56,338 nucleotides of DNA from Gemmatimonadales bacterium. Lineage in GTDB: Bacteria > Gemmatimonadota > Gemmatimonadetes > Gemmatimonadales > GWC2-71-9. The notes under the pieces were generated by a model, which did not search any database, was not told where the DNA came from, and was given only the letters and a program-made list of their open reading frames with translations. Below, piece after piece: positions 29,013 through 39,205 of the stretch. The DNA lies in the NCBI GenBank assembly GCA_039794085.1, contig JBDIWC010000027.1, positions 1 through 56,338 of the forward strand, in the 5' to 3' direction. A program made the position numbers and the translations under genes. Position 1 is the stretch's first letter; each line of letters opens with the position of its first letter.

Positions 29013-30110
29013 TCAGGAGACGAGTGTGGAGGCCTTGGTCTCCACGCCGGCGACCAGGGAGTGATAGGAGGCGGCGAAGCTCTCGACTCCGGCCTTCTCC
29101 AGGGCGGCCGCCACCCGCTCCAGGTCGATGCCGTGCGAGGAGAGCACGGCCAGCTGCTCGGGAGCGCGCCGCACCGCTCCGGGCAGCCGGATGGCGGGAT
29201 TCCCATGATCCCGGTAGGCGTCGAAGGTGGCGGGAGGCAGCGTGTTCACCGTGTCCCGCCCGATCAGCGCCTCGACGTAATAGGTGTCGGGGTAGGCCGG
29301 ATCTTTGGTGCTGGTGGAGGCCCACAGGGGGCGCTGCACCCGGGCACCGGCGGCTGCCAGGCCCTGCCACCGGGGCGAGGCCACCATCCGCTCAAAGGAC
29401 GAGTAGGCGTGTGCCGCATTGGCGATCGCGGCCGTTCCCCGCAACTCCTCGGGGAGCCCTCCGGCTGCGATCTGTGCATCCACCGCGGTATCCACCCGGC
29501 TCACGAAGAAACTGGCGACCGACGCGATCCGGTCCACCGGTTCCCCCTGTGCCAGGCGCCGTTCCAACCCCGCAATCCAGGCCTCGAGCACCGATTGGTA
29601 CCGGGTCACCGAAAAGAGCAGGGTGACGTTGATGTTGATCCCGTGGGCCAGCGCCGCCTCGATCGCACCGAGACCGGCCGCGGTGCCGGGGATCTTGATC
29701 ATCGCATTGGGCCGGTCGACGGCGGCCCAGAGGCGCTGAGCCTCGGCGAGGGTCTCCTCGGTCTGATGGGCCAGGTCGGGGGAGACCTCGAGCGACACAA
29801 AGCCGTCGCGTCCCTCGGTGCGATCGTACACCGCGCGGAACTGGTCACAGGCGGTCCGGACATCCGCCACCATGAGGCGTTCGGTGATGGCAGCCGGTGT
29901 GAGACCCTCCCCGGATGCGGCGCGGATGTCGGCGTCGTACAGGGCGCTCCCGGCGACCGCCTTCTCGAAGATGGTCGGGTTGCTGGTCATGCCCAGGAGA
30001 CCGTCCTCGGCAATCAGCCGGGCCAGGCCACGCGAATCGAGCAGGTCCCGTGTGATGTAATCGTACCAGGGGCTCTGACCGAGGGCGCCGAGCCGGACCA
30101 GGGGGTTCAT
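29013..30110 (-). CDS. tal: Transaldolase
   Basis: [51 protein letters not shown]. Confidence 0.95.
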   Translation of the reverse strand: MNPLVRLGALGQSPWYDYITRDLLDSRGLARLIAEDGLLGMTSNPTIFEKAVAGSALYDADIRAASGEGLTPAAITERLMVADVRTACDQFRAVYDRTEGRDGFVSLEVSPDLAHQTEETLAEAQRLWAAVDRPNAMIKIPGTAAGLGAIEAALAHGININVTLLFSVTRYQSVLEAWIAGLERRLAQGEPVDRIASVASFFVSRVDTAVDAQIAAGGLPEELRGTAAIANAAHAYSSFERMVASPRWQGLAAAGARVQRPLWASTSTKDPAYPDTYYVEALIGRDTVNTLPPATFDAYRDHGNPAIRLPGAVRRAPEQLAVLSSHGIDLERVAAALEKAGVESFAASYHSLVAGVETKASTLVS

Positions 30111-32119
30111 GAGGAGACTCCTTCCCGGCAGCGGCGGACGGCGGCAACCACCCTCTCCGCCGTCAGGCCGAATTCGGTGAAGAGGCGATCCCCGGGGGCC
30201 GAGGCGCCGAAATGATCGAGGGCAATGATGGCGCCCGCGTCCGTGGTCCACCGGTCCCATCCGAGGGAGGATCCCGCCTCGATCGCCACCCGGACCCGGC
30301 AGTCCGAGGGGAGGACCTCCTCGCGGTAGGAGGCCGGTTGGGCCCCAAAGAGCTCCCACGAAGCGAAGGAGACGACCCGCGTCGGGATCCCGTTGCCGGA
30401 GAGCAGGATCCCGGCCTCCAGGGCGACCGACACCTCCGACCCGGAGGCCAGGATGATCGCCGCAGGGGGGACCCCGGGGTCGTGAATCGTATAGGCGCCG
30501 CGATCCACCGCCGCCCCCGCCTCCCGGATGTTCGGCAGGGTGGGGAGCTTCTGGCGGGTCAGGATCAGGGCGGTGGGACCGTCAAGCCGGGCGAGAGCGG
30601 TGCGCCAGGCAGCCGCAGTCTCGTTCGCGTCGGCCGGGCGGAGGGTGACCAGGTTGGGGATGGCGCGGAGCATGGCGAGCTGGTCGATCGGCTGATGCGT
30701 CGGTCCATCCTCGCCGACGCCGATCGAGTCGTGGGTGAAGATGTAGATGACCGGGAGACCCATCAGGGCGGCCAGGCGGATGGCCGGCTTCATGTAGTCG
30801 GCGAACACGAAGAACGTGCTGCACCAAGGCCGCAGTCCCCCGTGGGCCAGGATGCCGTTGCAGCAGGCCCCCATGGCGTGCTCCCGGATGCCCCAGTGAA
30901 TCACCCGGCCCGGCGTTCCCGGCCCGTAGGATTCGGCGGCGCACAGGTCGGTACCGGTGGACCCGGCGAGATCCGCCGATCCGCCCATGAGAGTGGGAAT
31001 GGCCTTCATCAAGGCTTCGAGGGTCTTGGCCGATGCCTGGCGGGTGGCCAAACCGCCCTCCCCGAAGGTGGGGAGGTTCCCGTCCCATCCGGCCGGAAGC
31101 TCCCCGGCGAGAGCGGCGGTCAGGGCGGCGGCCTCTGCAGGAGCAACCGTCTGCCAGGCGTTCCATCGCTCCGTCCAGTCCTCGCGGTGGGCCGCGCCCG
31201 TCACCCGGCACGACTCCATGAACTCCCGCGCCTCGCCGGGCACGGAGAAGGGAGCCTCGGGCCAGCCCAGGATGGCCCTGGTGCGGGCCACCTCGTCGGC
31301 ACCCAGAGGGGCACCGTGGGCCGCGGAGGTGTCGCGCTTGGTGGGGGCAGGGTCGCCGATCACGGTCCGCAGCACGATCAGGGTGGGTCGCGCGGTTTCG
31401 GCACGGGCCCGAACACAGGCCTCGTCGATCGCCTCCAGGTCGGTCCCGTCCTCCACCCGGAGAACATGCCACCCGTACGCGGCGAACCGGGCCCCGACGT
31501 CCTCGGAAAAGGCGAGATCGGTCGATCCGTCGATCGTAATCCGGTTGTCGTCGTAGATCACGGTCAGCCGGTCGAGTTGCAGATGGCCCGCGAGGGAGGC
31601 GGCCTCGGCCGACACCCCCTCCATCAGGTCCCCGTCGCTGGCCAGGACCCAGGTGCGATGATCAATCACCTCATGCCCGGGGCGGTTGTACTGCCGGGCC
31701 AGGATCCGCTCCGCCATCGCCATGCCCACGGCGTTGGCAACCCCCTGACCCAGGGGCCCGGTGGTGGTTTCCACGCCCGTGGTGTGCCCCCGCTCGGGGT
31801 GGCCCGGGGTACGTGACCCCCACTGCCGGAAGGCGCGAATCTCGTCGAGCGAGAGGTCGTATCCGGTGAGGTGCAGCAGACTGTACAGGAGCATCGAGGC
31901 ATGGCCGCAGGACAACACGAAACGGTCCCGGTCGGGCCAGTCCGGCGCCGCGGGGTCGTGCTTGAGGTGCCGGGTCCAGAGGACGGTCGCCGCCGGTGCC
32001 AGGGCCATGGGGGTGCCGGGGTGGCCGCTGGAGGCCTGTTCCACCGCATCCATGGCCAGGACACGGATGCTGTTGATGGCGGCCCAGATACGGGGATCAT
32101 CGAGCGAGGGGATGGTCAC
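30107..32119 (-). CDS. tkt: Transketolase (start may instead be CTG at 32149)
   Basis: [53 protein letters not shown]. Confidence 0.96.
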   Translation of the reverse strand: MTIPSLDDPRIWAAINSIRVLAMDAVEQASSGHPGTPMALAPAATVLWTRHLKHDPAAPDWPDRDRFVLSCGHASMLLYSLLHLTGYDLSLDEIRAFRQWGSRTPGHPERGHTTGVETTTGPLGQGVANAVGMAMAERILARQYNRPGHEVIDHRTWVLASDGDLMEGVSAEAASLAGHLQLDRLTVIYDDNRITIDGSTDLAFSEDVGARFAAYGWHVLRVEDGTDLEAIDEACVRARAETARPTLIVLRTVIGDPAPTKRDTSAAHGAPLGADEVARTRAILGWPEAPFSVPGEAREFMESCRVTGAAHREDWTERWNAWQTVAPAEAAALTAALAGELPAGWDGNLPTFGEGGLATRQASAKTLEALMKAIPTLMGGSADLAGSTGTDLCAAESYGPGTPGRVIHWGIREHAMGACCNGILAHGGLRPWCSTFFVFADYMKPAIRLAALMGLPVIYIFTHDSIGVGEDGPTHQPIDQLAMLRAIPNLVTLRPADANETAAAWRTALARLDGPTALILTRQKLPTLPNIREAGAAVDRGAYTIHDPGVPPAAIILASGSEVSVALEAGILLSGNGIPTRVVSFASWELFGAQPASYREEVLPSDCRVRVAIEAGSSLGWDRWTTDAGAIIALDHFGASAPGDRLFTEFGLTAERVVAAVRRCREGVSS

Positions 32120-32248
32120 GGGATGTGCGGCCGGGGCGGTGGAGGTCAGGGTGCTGCTCCTTGCGGCGGGCGGTCGGATTCGGGCGAACTCGAAAGGAAA
32201 CTTAACCCCGTGGTCCACCCCGCTCGGTCACCCCCCCCACCCTGCACC

Positions 32249-32320
32249 GGGTATTGGGGACTGGGTACGGGGTATAACTGGGTATTGGGTGCTGGGGGTA
32301 CTGGGTACTGGGTGCTGGGT
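32249..32320. repeat. Heptamer tandem repeat (GGGTACT-like)
   Basis: Degenerate GGGTA(C/T)T / GGGTGCT units upstream of tkt. Confidence 0.75.
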
Positions 32321-32440
32321 ATTATGTCCTATGTCCTAAGTCGGCAGAGCCGGAACCAAAGAGGGGCCTCGGGGTCGCGCGTGGGTTTTCTTCGGCATGG
32401 GTTCCAGTCCCTCTGGAGCCCTCTGCCCACCCCCAGAGCC

Positions 32441-32539
32441 AACCACAAGAAGCACAAAAGGCACAGAAACCTCTCTCGCCCCTGGTGGGCCCCATAGCCC
32501 CGAGGTGTGCCTCTTGTGACTTCTGTGCTTATTGTGGCC
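32441..32539. repeat. Inverted pair of 9-mer tandem arrays (CACAAGAAG-like)
   Basis: AACCACAAGAAGCACAAAAGGCACAGAA ... TGTGCCTCTTGTGACTTCTGTGCTTATTGTGGC. Confidence 0.65.
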
Positions 32540-32701
32540 ATCCCCCTCGCACGGCGCGGTCGTGGCGATCGACGTGTCTGACGGGGGGGTCGGGAGTTGC
32601 CCAAAAGGATTGTTGCCGTTTTGTGTTCAATCTTGTCCGCAAGGAACTATGTCCTATAATGTCCTATGACCTGTGTCGTCCATCTTCGAACGGCCAGGTC
32701 C

Positions 32702-33328
32702 TCAGGACTCGATCCCGACCTCGATATATCGGTAGGCCGGGTCCTCATCGTGTGCCACCGGCGCAAAGAGCACTCCAGCGGACCCCACCGCAAACCAGCC
32801 ACCGACCATGTTGCGCGGAGAGTCGAGCTCCTTCACAATCGGCGCAAACCACCGCCGGATGTGCCGTACTTCCGGCGCCCGACGACCCAGAAGGGCCAAG
32901 AGCGATCCACTTCCCCCGGTGGCCCGGAGAAAGTGGGCCAGAGCGTGTGCCCGCTGGGCAAATTCGACCGCCTTCACCCCGGGCTGATCGAAGAGTACCG
33001 CGCCCTCGAACACGTCCATGGGGGGCGCATCGAGACGGGGACCGAGGTAGACGTACTGCTGCTCGGGGGCCGGGCCGGGTCCCCGTCGCTCGATCATGAC
33101 CGCCCCGGTCTCACTGGTGAGCCGGGCGGCATGCAGCAGGTCGTCGTCGAGGAGGATCCCCACGGCGCCGGTCCATTCCAGGGCGGCGAGTGCCGTGTCC
33201 ACCGGGCAACCCAGCACGTCGTCGAATGCGATCAGCCTGGGGGACTCGCCCGCCCGCTGGATGAAGTGCGCGAGGGCGTCGGCCCGCTCGCCAATGGTCC
33301 GAATGACAAGTGTCCCTGGAACGGTCAT
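32702..33328 (-). CDS. Hypothetical protein with internal duplication
   Basis: Protein-like from MTVPGTLV; ERADALAHF is echoed as QRAHALAHF. Confidence 0.7.
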   Translation of the reverse strand: MTVPGTLVIRTIGERADALAHFIQRAGESPRLIAFDDVLGCPVDTALAALEWTGAVGILLDDDLLHAARLTSETGAVMIERRGPGPAPEQQYVYLGPRLDAPPMDVFEGAVLFDQPGVKAVEFAQRAHALAHFLRATGGSGSLLALLGRRAPEVRHIRRWFAPIVKELDSPRNMVGGWFAVGSAGVLFAPVAHDEDPAYRYIEVGIES

Positions 33329-33404
33329 GGTGAAGTGTACACAGATTGCGGGCCAGGCGCCTAGGGGAGGGGTGTTGGGCGTTGGGTGTTGGGTGGCGGG
33401 GAGC

Positions 33405-33557
33405 GGGTAATGGGTATTGGGTTTTGGGGATCGGTGCTGCGGCGGGGGGGCCAATACCCGATACCTGGTCCCCAGCCCCCAATACCCGGAACCCAATACC
33501 CAGAACCCAGTACCCAGTACCCAGTACCCAGTACCCCCTACCCAGAACCCAGTACCC
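33405..33557. repeat. Heptamer tandem arrays in inverted arrangement (GGGTATT / CCCAGTA)
   Basis: GGGTAATGGGTATTGGGTTTTGGGG followed by many CCCAGTA/CCCAGAA/CCCAATA units. Confidence 0.75.
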
Positions 33558-33591
33558 GGTGGGGGGGGGAGGTCGATTTCGAGCCGGGATA

Positions 33592-33620
33592 TTGACAAAA
33601 CCGTGACCGTGGCCGACCTT
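33592..33620 (+). promoter_or_regulatory. Putative sigma70 promoter of the cold-shock gene
   Basis: Perfect TTGACA, 17-nt spacer, GACCTT; implies a ~140-nt 5' UTR as typical of csp genes. Confidence 0.5.
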
Positions 33621-33768
33621 AGTTGACACCATGTACGTCGCGGTCACGATTCGCTCTGGACGTTCCTGAGGACGCCGCCCGGCACCAACGCCGGACGGTC
33701 TTTTTTTGCCCGGTGCCGGTGCTCCGGGCACCACGAGCCGCAGGCTCATCAGCCACGAGGTTGCAGCA

Positions 33769-33975
33769 ATGGCCAGGGGTACCGTAAAGTGGTTCAATGA
33801 CGCGAAGGGATTCGGGTTCATCGCGCAGGAAGGCGGCAAGGACGTGTTCGTTCATCACACCGCGATTGTCGCGGATGGATTCCGGTCCCTGGGAGAGGGT
33901 GACCAGGTCGAGTTCGACATCGTGGACGGACCAAAGGGGCTTCAGGCCTCCAACGTCCGCAAGTCCGCGGGCTGA
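33769..33975 (+). CDS. csp: Cold-shock protein (CspA family)
   Basis: [15 protein letters not shown] (RNP1), DVFVHH (RNP2), [10 protein letters not shown]. Confidence 0.97.
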   Translation: MARGTVKWFNDAKGFGFIAQEGGKDVFVHHTAIVADGFRSLGEGDQVEFDIVDGPKGLQASNVRKSAG

Positions 33976-33984
33976 CCCTCCCGC

Positions 33985-34554
33985 GTGCTCCGCACTCACC
34001 GCCCCCCGACGCCGTCGGCCGGCCCGGCGGCGTCGGTGTATCGGGCCCTGCTGTTCCTCCATCTCGGCGCGGCGACCCCCCTGGTCCCGTTCACAGCCCA
34101 GTCACCACCGCCCCCGCGTCTCCCCCTCGATCTCTTCACCTTGCGGGCCGGGGAAACCTGGGACCAGAGCCGGGACCGGCTGAATTCTCTCGAGAGCCAG
34201 GTCGGGTGCCGGGCCTCGATCGATCCGCGGATCACGGAGTGTCGCGGAACCCTCTCGGTCCCCGTCTCCCCGACCCCCTTCGATCTGGTGATCTCCCTGG
34301 TGTCGAGCCGGACCGCAATCATCCTCATTTCCGGCCGCACTTCCCACGAGGTCGTCTCGAGCTGGATCGCCGAAATCAGCGCCCGGCACGGGCAACCCAC
34401 GGTGCGCTCGACCCAGGGCCAGCAGACCTGGCAGTGGATCCGCCACCGGCAGATGCTGCGCCTCACCACCCGCTCCGGCCGGGGACACCCCGAGGTTGCC
34501 CTGAGCCTCATCGATGGCCCTCTCCTCGACGGCCTGGACGGGCCGCCGCAGTAG
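33985..34554 (+). CDS. Hypothetical exported protein
   Basis: Hydrophobic N-terminal segment and globular C-terminus; fills the gap between csp and the SBP gene. Confidence 0.55.
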   Translation: MLRTHRPPTPSAGPAASVYRALLFLHLGAATPLVPFTAQSPPPPRLPLDLFTLRAGETWDQSRDRLNSLESQVGCRASIDPRITECRGTLSVPVSPTPFDLVISLVSSRTAIILISGRTSHEVVSSWIAEISARHGQPTVRSTQGQQTWQWIRHRQMLRLTTRSGRGHPEVALSLIDGPLLDGLDGPPQ

Positions 34555-34590
34555 TGGCGCCCGGCACGCCACCTCGCCATCTTCGACATC

Positions 34591-35712
34591 ATGTTTCGCC
34601 TCCCACTCGCCCGGCTCCTGATCGCCCTCCTCCTGATGATCACCGGATGCCGCAATGCCACCGCCCCGATCACCCTCGGGCTGGCGGGCCCCCTCTCCGC
34701 TCCCTTCGGGGAGCCGATGCGCCTCGGCGCCCGGCTTGCCGTCGACCGGATCAACGCGGAGGGCGGCATTCGCGGGCGTCCCCTGCGGCTGGAGGAGCGG
34801 GATGACCATGCCGACATCGATTCCGCCGTGGCGGTGGCCGGGGACCTCATCGCCACCGACGCCGTCGCCGTCATCGGGCACATGCTCTCCAACACAACCA
34901 TGGCGGCGGGCCCCCGGTATGCGGCCAGCGGCAACCCGGTCGCGCTCATCACTCCCTCCTCCTCCGCACCGGAAATCTCCGAGCTGGGCCCCTGGGTGTT
35001 TCGCCTCTCCCCCACCGACGTGTCCCATGGCATTGCCCTGGCCCTCTGGGCGCACGACCGGCTCGGCCTCACCCGGGGGACGGTGCTCTACCTCAACAAC
35101 GACTATGGCCGGGGCGTCCGCCGAACCTTCGTGCAGCAGTTCGAGGCGCTGGGGGGGACCATCGAAGCCATGGTTCCCTATCTCGGGACCTCTCCCGACC
35201 TCACCCCGTTCCTCGACCGCATCGCCCGGGATTCCACCAGCCAGTTCGTCGTGATCGCGGGACGAGGCGATGCCGCGGGTGGAATCGTGCGTGCCCTGCG
35301 CGCGCGCGGCCTCACCATTCCCGTGCTCGGCGGGGATGCCCTCGAGAGCATCGACCGGTCGGACGGCCTCGCCGAGGGAATCCTGGTCAGCGCCGCCTGG
35401 CTCCCGTCCATTGACACACCGGCCAACCGGGAGTTCGTCGCCGCCTGGAAAACCCGGTACCCCGACGCGCGGGAGCCCAACCAGGTGGCGGCCGCCACGT
35501 GGGACGCCGTGTTCCTCCTCCGCTCGATCCTCGAAACCGTGGGCACGGGACGATCCGCCGTGCGCGATGCGCTGGCCCGCCTGGGCGAGACGGCGCCGTT
35601 CCGGGGAGCGACAGGTTCGATCGCGTTCGACAGCCTGGGAGATCTCCGGGAGGAACAGATCTGGATGGGTGTGATCCGGGGAAACTCCCTTCTTCTCGCC
35701 GAGGGTCAGTAG
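34591..35712 (+). CDS. Branched-chain amino acid ABC-type substrate-binding lipoprotein (LivJ-like)
   Basis: Lipobox ITGC; LAGPLS, INAEGGIRGRPL, AVIGH, NDYGRG, GATGSIAFD. Confidence 0.88.
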   Translation: MFRLPLARLLIALLLMITGCRNATAPITLGLAGPLSAPFGEPMRLGARLAVDRINAEGGIRGRPLRLEERDDHADIDSAVAVAGDLIATDAVAVIGHMLSNTTMAAGPRYAASGNPVALITPSSSAPEISELGPWVFRLSPTDVSHGIALALWAHDRLGLTRGTVLYLNNDYGRGVRRTFVQQFEALGGTIEAMVPYLGTSPDLTPFLDRIARDSTSQFVVIAGRGDAAGGIVRALRARGLTIPVLGGDALESIDRSDGLAEGILVSAAWLPSIDTPANREFVAAWKTRYPDAREPNQVAAATWDAVFLLRSILETVGTGRSAVRDALARLGETAPFRGATGSIAFDSLGDLREEQIWMGVIRGNSLLLAEGQ

Positions 35713-35713
35713 C

Positions 35714-37471
35714 GTGCTGGGGAGCCTGCGGCATCGCCTGATGGCGGGGACCGCCATGCTCGTGCTCCTGGTCCTCGCGAGCGCCCTGGTCGGCGTGAGC
35801 GCCATCCGGTCGATGGACGAGGCCCTGACCACCGACCTGGGGCAGGTTCTCCGCGCCAACGCCCTGGCGGGCGGTCTCCTCGCCCTCACCACGGCCCAGA
35901 TGCGGGCCGGGGAGGCCTACCTCGTCGGGCCCTCCGACAGCATCGCCCGCGAATTTGTCTCCCTCGGCGACTCGGCGCACACCGTGCACCGGCAACTGCG
36001 CCTCCTCCCGGAAACAACCTCCGACGACCTGACCGCCCTCAACCGGATCAGCGACAATCAGGCCGCGATCGAAATCGCCTATGCCCGGGCCCATGCCCAT
36101 GCCGACCTCGGGCAACCGGACAGCGCCCGGGCCGACGCGCGGCGTGCCCAGGAACCCGTGGACCAGCTTACCGCGGATGTTCAGGCCCTCGCCGAGTCGA
36201 TGCAGCAACGCATCGAGGCCCGGACCGACACCCTCCGGCAGCTGGCCACGCGCCGCCAGTCACTCGTGTGGCTGTTGTTCATCATCGCCCTGGTGATTGG
36301 GGTGGTGACCGCGGTCTGGGTGGTCCAGTCGATCGAGGATCCCATTGCCCGCCTGTCCGCCGGGTCCGACCGCATGGGACAGGGCGATCTCCGGCCGGTC
36401 GATCTGGGACGGATGCCTGATGAGTTGAGTCACCTGGGACAGTCCATCAACCGGATGGCCGGCCGGCTGCAAACGGTGGTGGAGGCCGTGGCTCGGGAGG
36501 CCCGGGAGGTCAACGCGAGCGCGGGGGATTTCTCCGCCATGAGTCAGGAGCTGGCGGCCTCGAGTACCCAGATCGCCACCGAAATGGCGGAGGTCAGCCG
36601 AACCGCCGAGCTGCAGGTGGTCAACGTGAAGGACGCCGACGCCATTTTTCATGAGATCCGGTCGGGAGTCACGCGCAACGCCCGCCTCGCCTCCGAAACG
36701 TCGGACCTCGCGGACCGGATCCGGAGCATCGCGGAACACCACCGTCACAGCATCACCACCACAAGCCAGGCGCTCCAGGAGCTCCGCGGACTCGTCCGCA
36801 CCGCCTACAGCCAGGTGGACACCCTCGGAGGCCAGGCGGAGCAGCTGATCGCCATGATCGATCGGCTCCGGGATCTCGCCAACCGCAGCGATGTCCTGGC
36901 CGTGAACGCCGCGGTGGAGGCGGCCCGGTCCACCGAATTCGGCAGCGGGTTCGGGGCCGTCGCCACCGAGATCCGAACCCTCGCCGATGGCGGACGGACG
37001 TCTGCCGAAGCGGCGGAACGAGTGGGCAACGCTCTGCGCGAATCCCTGGAAAGAACTCTCGACTCGTTGCACACGGGATCCGCCCGAATCCTGGTCATCG
37101 AGGGAGCCGCGGAGCGAACCGCCAACGCTCTCCTGGAAATCGTCACGGCGGTGGAAGCGGTCTCAGCAGCCGGGAGCAAGGTCGTCGACGGTGTGCATCG
37201 CAACCATTTGCTCGTCAACGGCCTGGCGGACAAGTTCGGAGAGGTGCAGCAGATCGCGCAGCAGCACGCGCTCGCCAACGATGCCGTCGCGGCGAGCACA
37301 GCCGAACAGACCGCGTCCACCGAAGAGATGGCCACCGGTGCCACCGAACTCTTCGAGGCCGCGCAACGCCTGCAGGCCGTGATCCGCGACTTCCAGCACG
37401 AGGGAACCCCACACTCGCACCGCCCCGCGCCCCCCCTCTCGCGCGGTGGGGCACCACGCCTGGACTCCTAG
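35714..37471 (+). CDS. Methyl-accepting chemotaxis protein
   Basis: Two TMs flanking a periplasmic domain, HAMP (DELSHLGQSINRM), signalling hairpin LAVNAAVEAAR...GFGAVATEIRTLA. Confidence 0.88.
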   Translation: MLGSLRHRLMAGTAMLVLLVLASALVGVSAIRSMDEALTTDLGQVLRANALAGGLLALTTAQMRAGEAYLVGPSDSIAREFVSLGDSAHTVHRQLRLLPETTSDDLTALNRISDNQAAIEIAYARAHAHADLGQPDSARADARRAQEPVDQLTADVQALAESMQQRIEARTDTLRQLATRRQSLVWLLFIIALVIGVVTAVWVVQSIEDPIARLSAGSDRMGQGDLRPVDLGRMPDELSHLGQSINRMAGRLQTVVEAVAREAREVNASAGDFSAMSQELAASSTQIATEMAEVSRTAELQVVNVKDADAIFHEIRSGVTRNARLASETSDLADRIRSIAEHHRHSITTTSQALQELRGLVRTAYSQVDTLGGQAEQLIAMIDRLRDLANRSDVLAVNAAVEAARSTEFGSGFGAVATEIRTLADGGRTSAEAAERVGNALRESLERTLDSLHTGSARILVIEGAAERTANALLEIVTAVEAVSAAGSKVVDGVHRNHLLVNGLADKFGEVQQIAQQHALANDAVAASTAEQTASTEEMATGATELFEAAQRLQAVIRDFQHEGTPHSHRPAPPLSRGGAPRLDS

Positions 37472-37947
37472 CGCTTCCGGGCCGGAGGCTTGGGCTTCGG
37501 CTTCGCGATCTTGGACTTGGAGGCCGGTGAAGCCGCCTTGGCTTTTGCCTTGACCTTGGCCTTGGGCTTGGATGCGGGTGCAGCCGACTTGCCCTTCGCC
37601 GACGCCTTCGCCTTCACCGGGGCCTTGGCTTTGGCGCCCGGCTTGGCAGCGCCCTCCGCCTTGCGCTGAGTCCGGGCCTCGCTCTTGGCCGCTGCGCGCT
37701 CACCCCTGACCCGGATCTGTTCCCGGATCTCGCTGAGCAGTCGGTCACTCTCATCCCCGGACATCAGGTTCCGGCGGACGGCGTACGACAGAATCTCTTC
37801 CGCCTCCCCGATGGAAAAATCGGGAGACCGGCTGGCCAGCCGAAGCGTGTGAACGAAAGCGTCCGCCACCGGGCTCCGCAGCACCAGAGCAATGCCGGGA
37901 AGCGTTTCCATCAAACTGGAGATCTGGGCCCCACCGAGTTCCGTCAC
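37468..37947 (-). CDS. Hypothetical protein with Lys/Ala/Pro-rich histone H1-like tail
   Basis: AGGAGG RBS before GTG; ~90-aa globular part followed by KAKA/KPK repeats. Confidence 0.75.
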   Translation of the reverse strand: MTELGGAQISSLMETLPGIALVLRSPVADAFVHTLRLASRSPDFSIGEAEEILSYAVRRNLMSGDESDRLLSEIREQIRVRGERAAAKSEARTQRKAEGAAKPGAKAKAPVKAKASAKGKSAAPASKPKAKVKAKAKAASPASKSKIAKPKPKPPARKR

Positions 37948-38080
37948 CTGACAACCTCCTCTTTCAGACCGGGGGATCCGGCCCGCTGAATCGCAGAACG
38001 TAGGCGGGTACTCCCCCAAGGTCAAGCAGAGCCGATGGCCGACCTGCCATTACGGCAGTCGTGAAATCGTTTCACGGTGA

Positions 38081-39205
38081 TCAAAATGCCCCGCGAAGAA
38101 CCACCGACCCCGTCCACCCGCGCAGGCTGTGCCGACGACGCTGCAATGTCTCCAGCTCCCCGGCCTCCACCCGCAGCGAGCTCACCAGGGCGAAGCGATC
38201 GCTCACCCGCACCCGGGCCGCCGACCCCACCGAAACCAGATAACTCCGCCCCACCTCCGGCGAGGAGAGCCGAAACTCGGTCGTGGGTTCCAGCACGAGG
38301 GAGGGGGAGACCGGAATCGACAGGGTTCCTCCCGTGGAGAAGAGGTTCTCGCTGTTCGCCGCCGCCACACCGGCGGAGTCACCGGCGGCGCGATAGAAAT
38401 CCCAGGCGTAGACTGTGAGCCCGGTGGATCCCAGGAGTGTGGTCCACGACGCTTCCGCAATCAGGCGACTGCCCGGGCGGAAGAGACCGGACACTCCTCC
38501 CCCGGTACGGAACTCATCATTCCGGAAGGTGCTTCCGGTGATCCCGAAGGCCAGGCGGGAGGAGCCGATGAGTCGATCGGCTCCGAGCCGGAGCCGACCC
38601 TCCACCCCCGGCTGAAAGGTGAAGGGGCCGTTCTGGTCGACGAAGGGAGTGTACTCGGCGTTGGCCCGTCCGCTGACGGCAACTCCCAGGTTCCACGGCC
38701 CCGCCTCGGTGACCCAGGCCAGCCCGGCGGTGACCGACGTCCCGTTGCCGTAGGAGTTGACCGGGAAGGCCAGAAAGCTGCTGCTGACGGCACTGAGGAG
38801 GACCTGGTCGTTCTCGGTCAGGCGGTCGACTCCGGTCGGGAGGTTGACCATGAGGGTCGCGACGAAGGCGTCGTGTCCGAAGACCCAGGTACCCCGAACC
38901 TGAGTATCGGTGAAGTCCCGGAAGGTCCGATCGGGCTGTTCGGCCAGGCCGATCCGGGTCACGGCCCAAGCGGTTCCGATGTCGATGGTCACCGGTCCAA
39001 GGGGAAAGAGCACGGCGACGGGGACGGAGACCTGCTGAATCGAGGAAACGGGAGAGCCGTCCCCCAGCCAGAGGCCGCGGCCATCGACCCCGCCGAAGGC
39101 CGTCACCGGAGAGCGCAGCGCGGATTGAGCGGTGAGCGCTTCGGGTGAGAAAAGGCCGAGGGCGAGGGCAACCGCGGCGCCGGCGAACCGGCGCACCGGC
39201 CTCAT
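38081..39205 (-). CDS. Hypothetical outer-membrane beta-barrel-like protein
   Basis: Signal peptide, alternating beta-strand pattern, C-terminal Phe; coupled to the upstream lipoprotein gene. Confidence 0.6.
   Translation of the reverse strand: MRPVRRFAGAAVALALGLFSPEALTAQSALRSPVTAFGGVDGRGLWLGDGSPVSSIQQVSVPVAVLFPLGPVTIDIGTAWAVTRIGLAEQPDRTFRDFTDTQVRGTWVFGHDAFVATLMVNLPTGVDRLTENDQVLLSAVSSSFLAFPVNSYGNGTSVTAGLAWVTEAGPWNLGVAVSGRANAEYTPFVDQNGPFTFQPGVEGRLRLGADRLIGSSRLAFGITGSTFRNDEFRTGGGVSGLFRPGSRLIAEASWTTLLGSTGLTVYAWDFYRAAGDSAGVAAANSENLFSTGGTLSIPVSPSLVLEPTTEFRLSSPEVGRSYLVSVGSAARVRVSDRFALVSSLRVEAGELETLQRRRHSLRGWTGSVVLRGAF

Noticed and set aside
32249..33557. CRISPR array
   Set aside because: Units are 7-9 nt tandem repeats without unique spacers; no cas genes.
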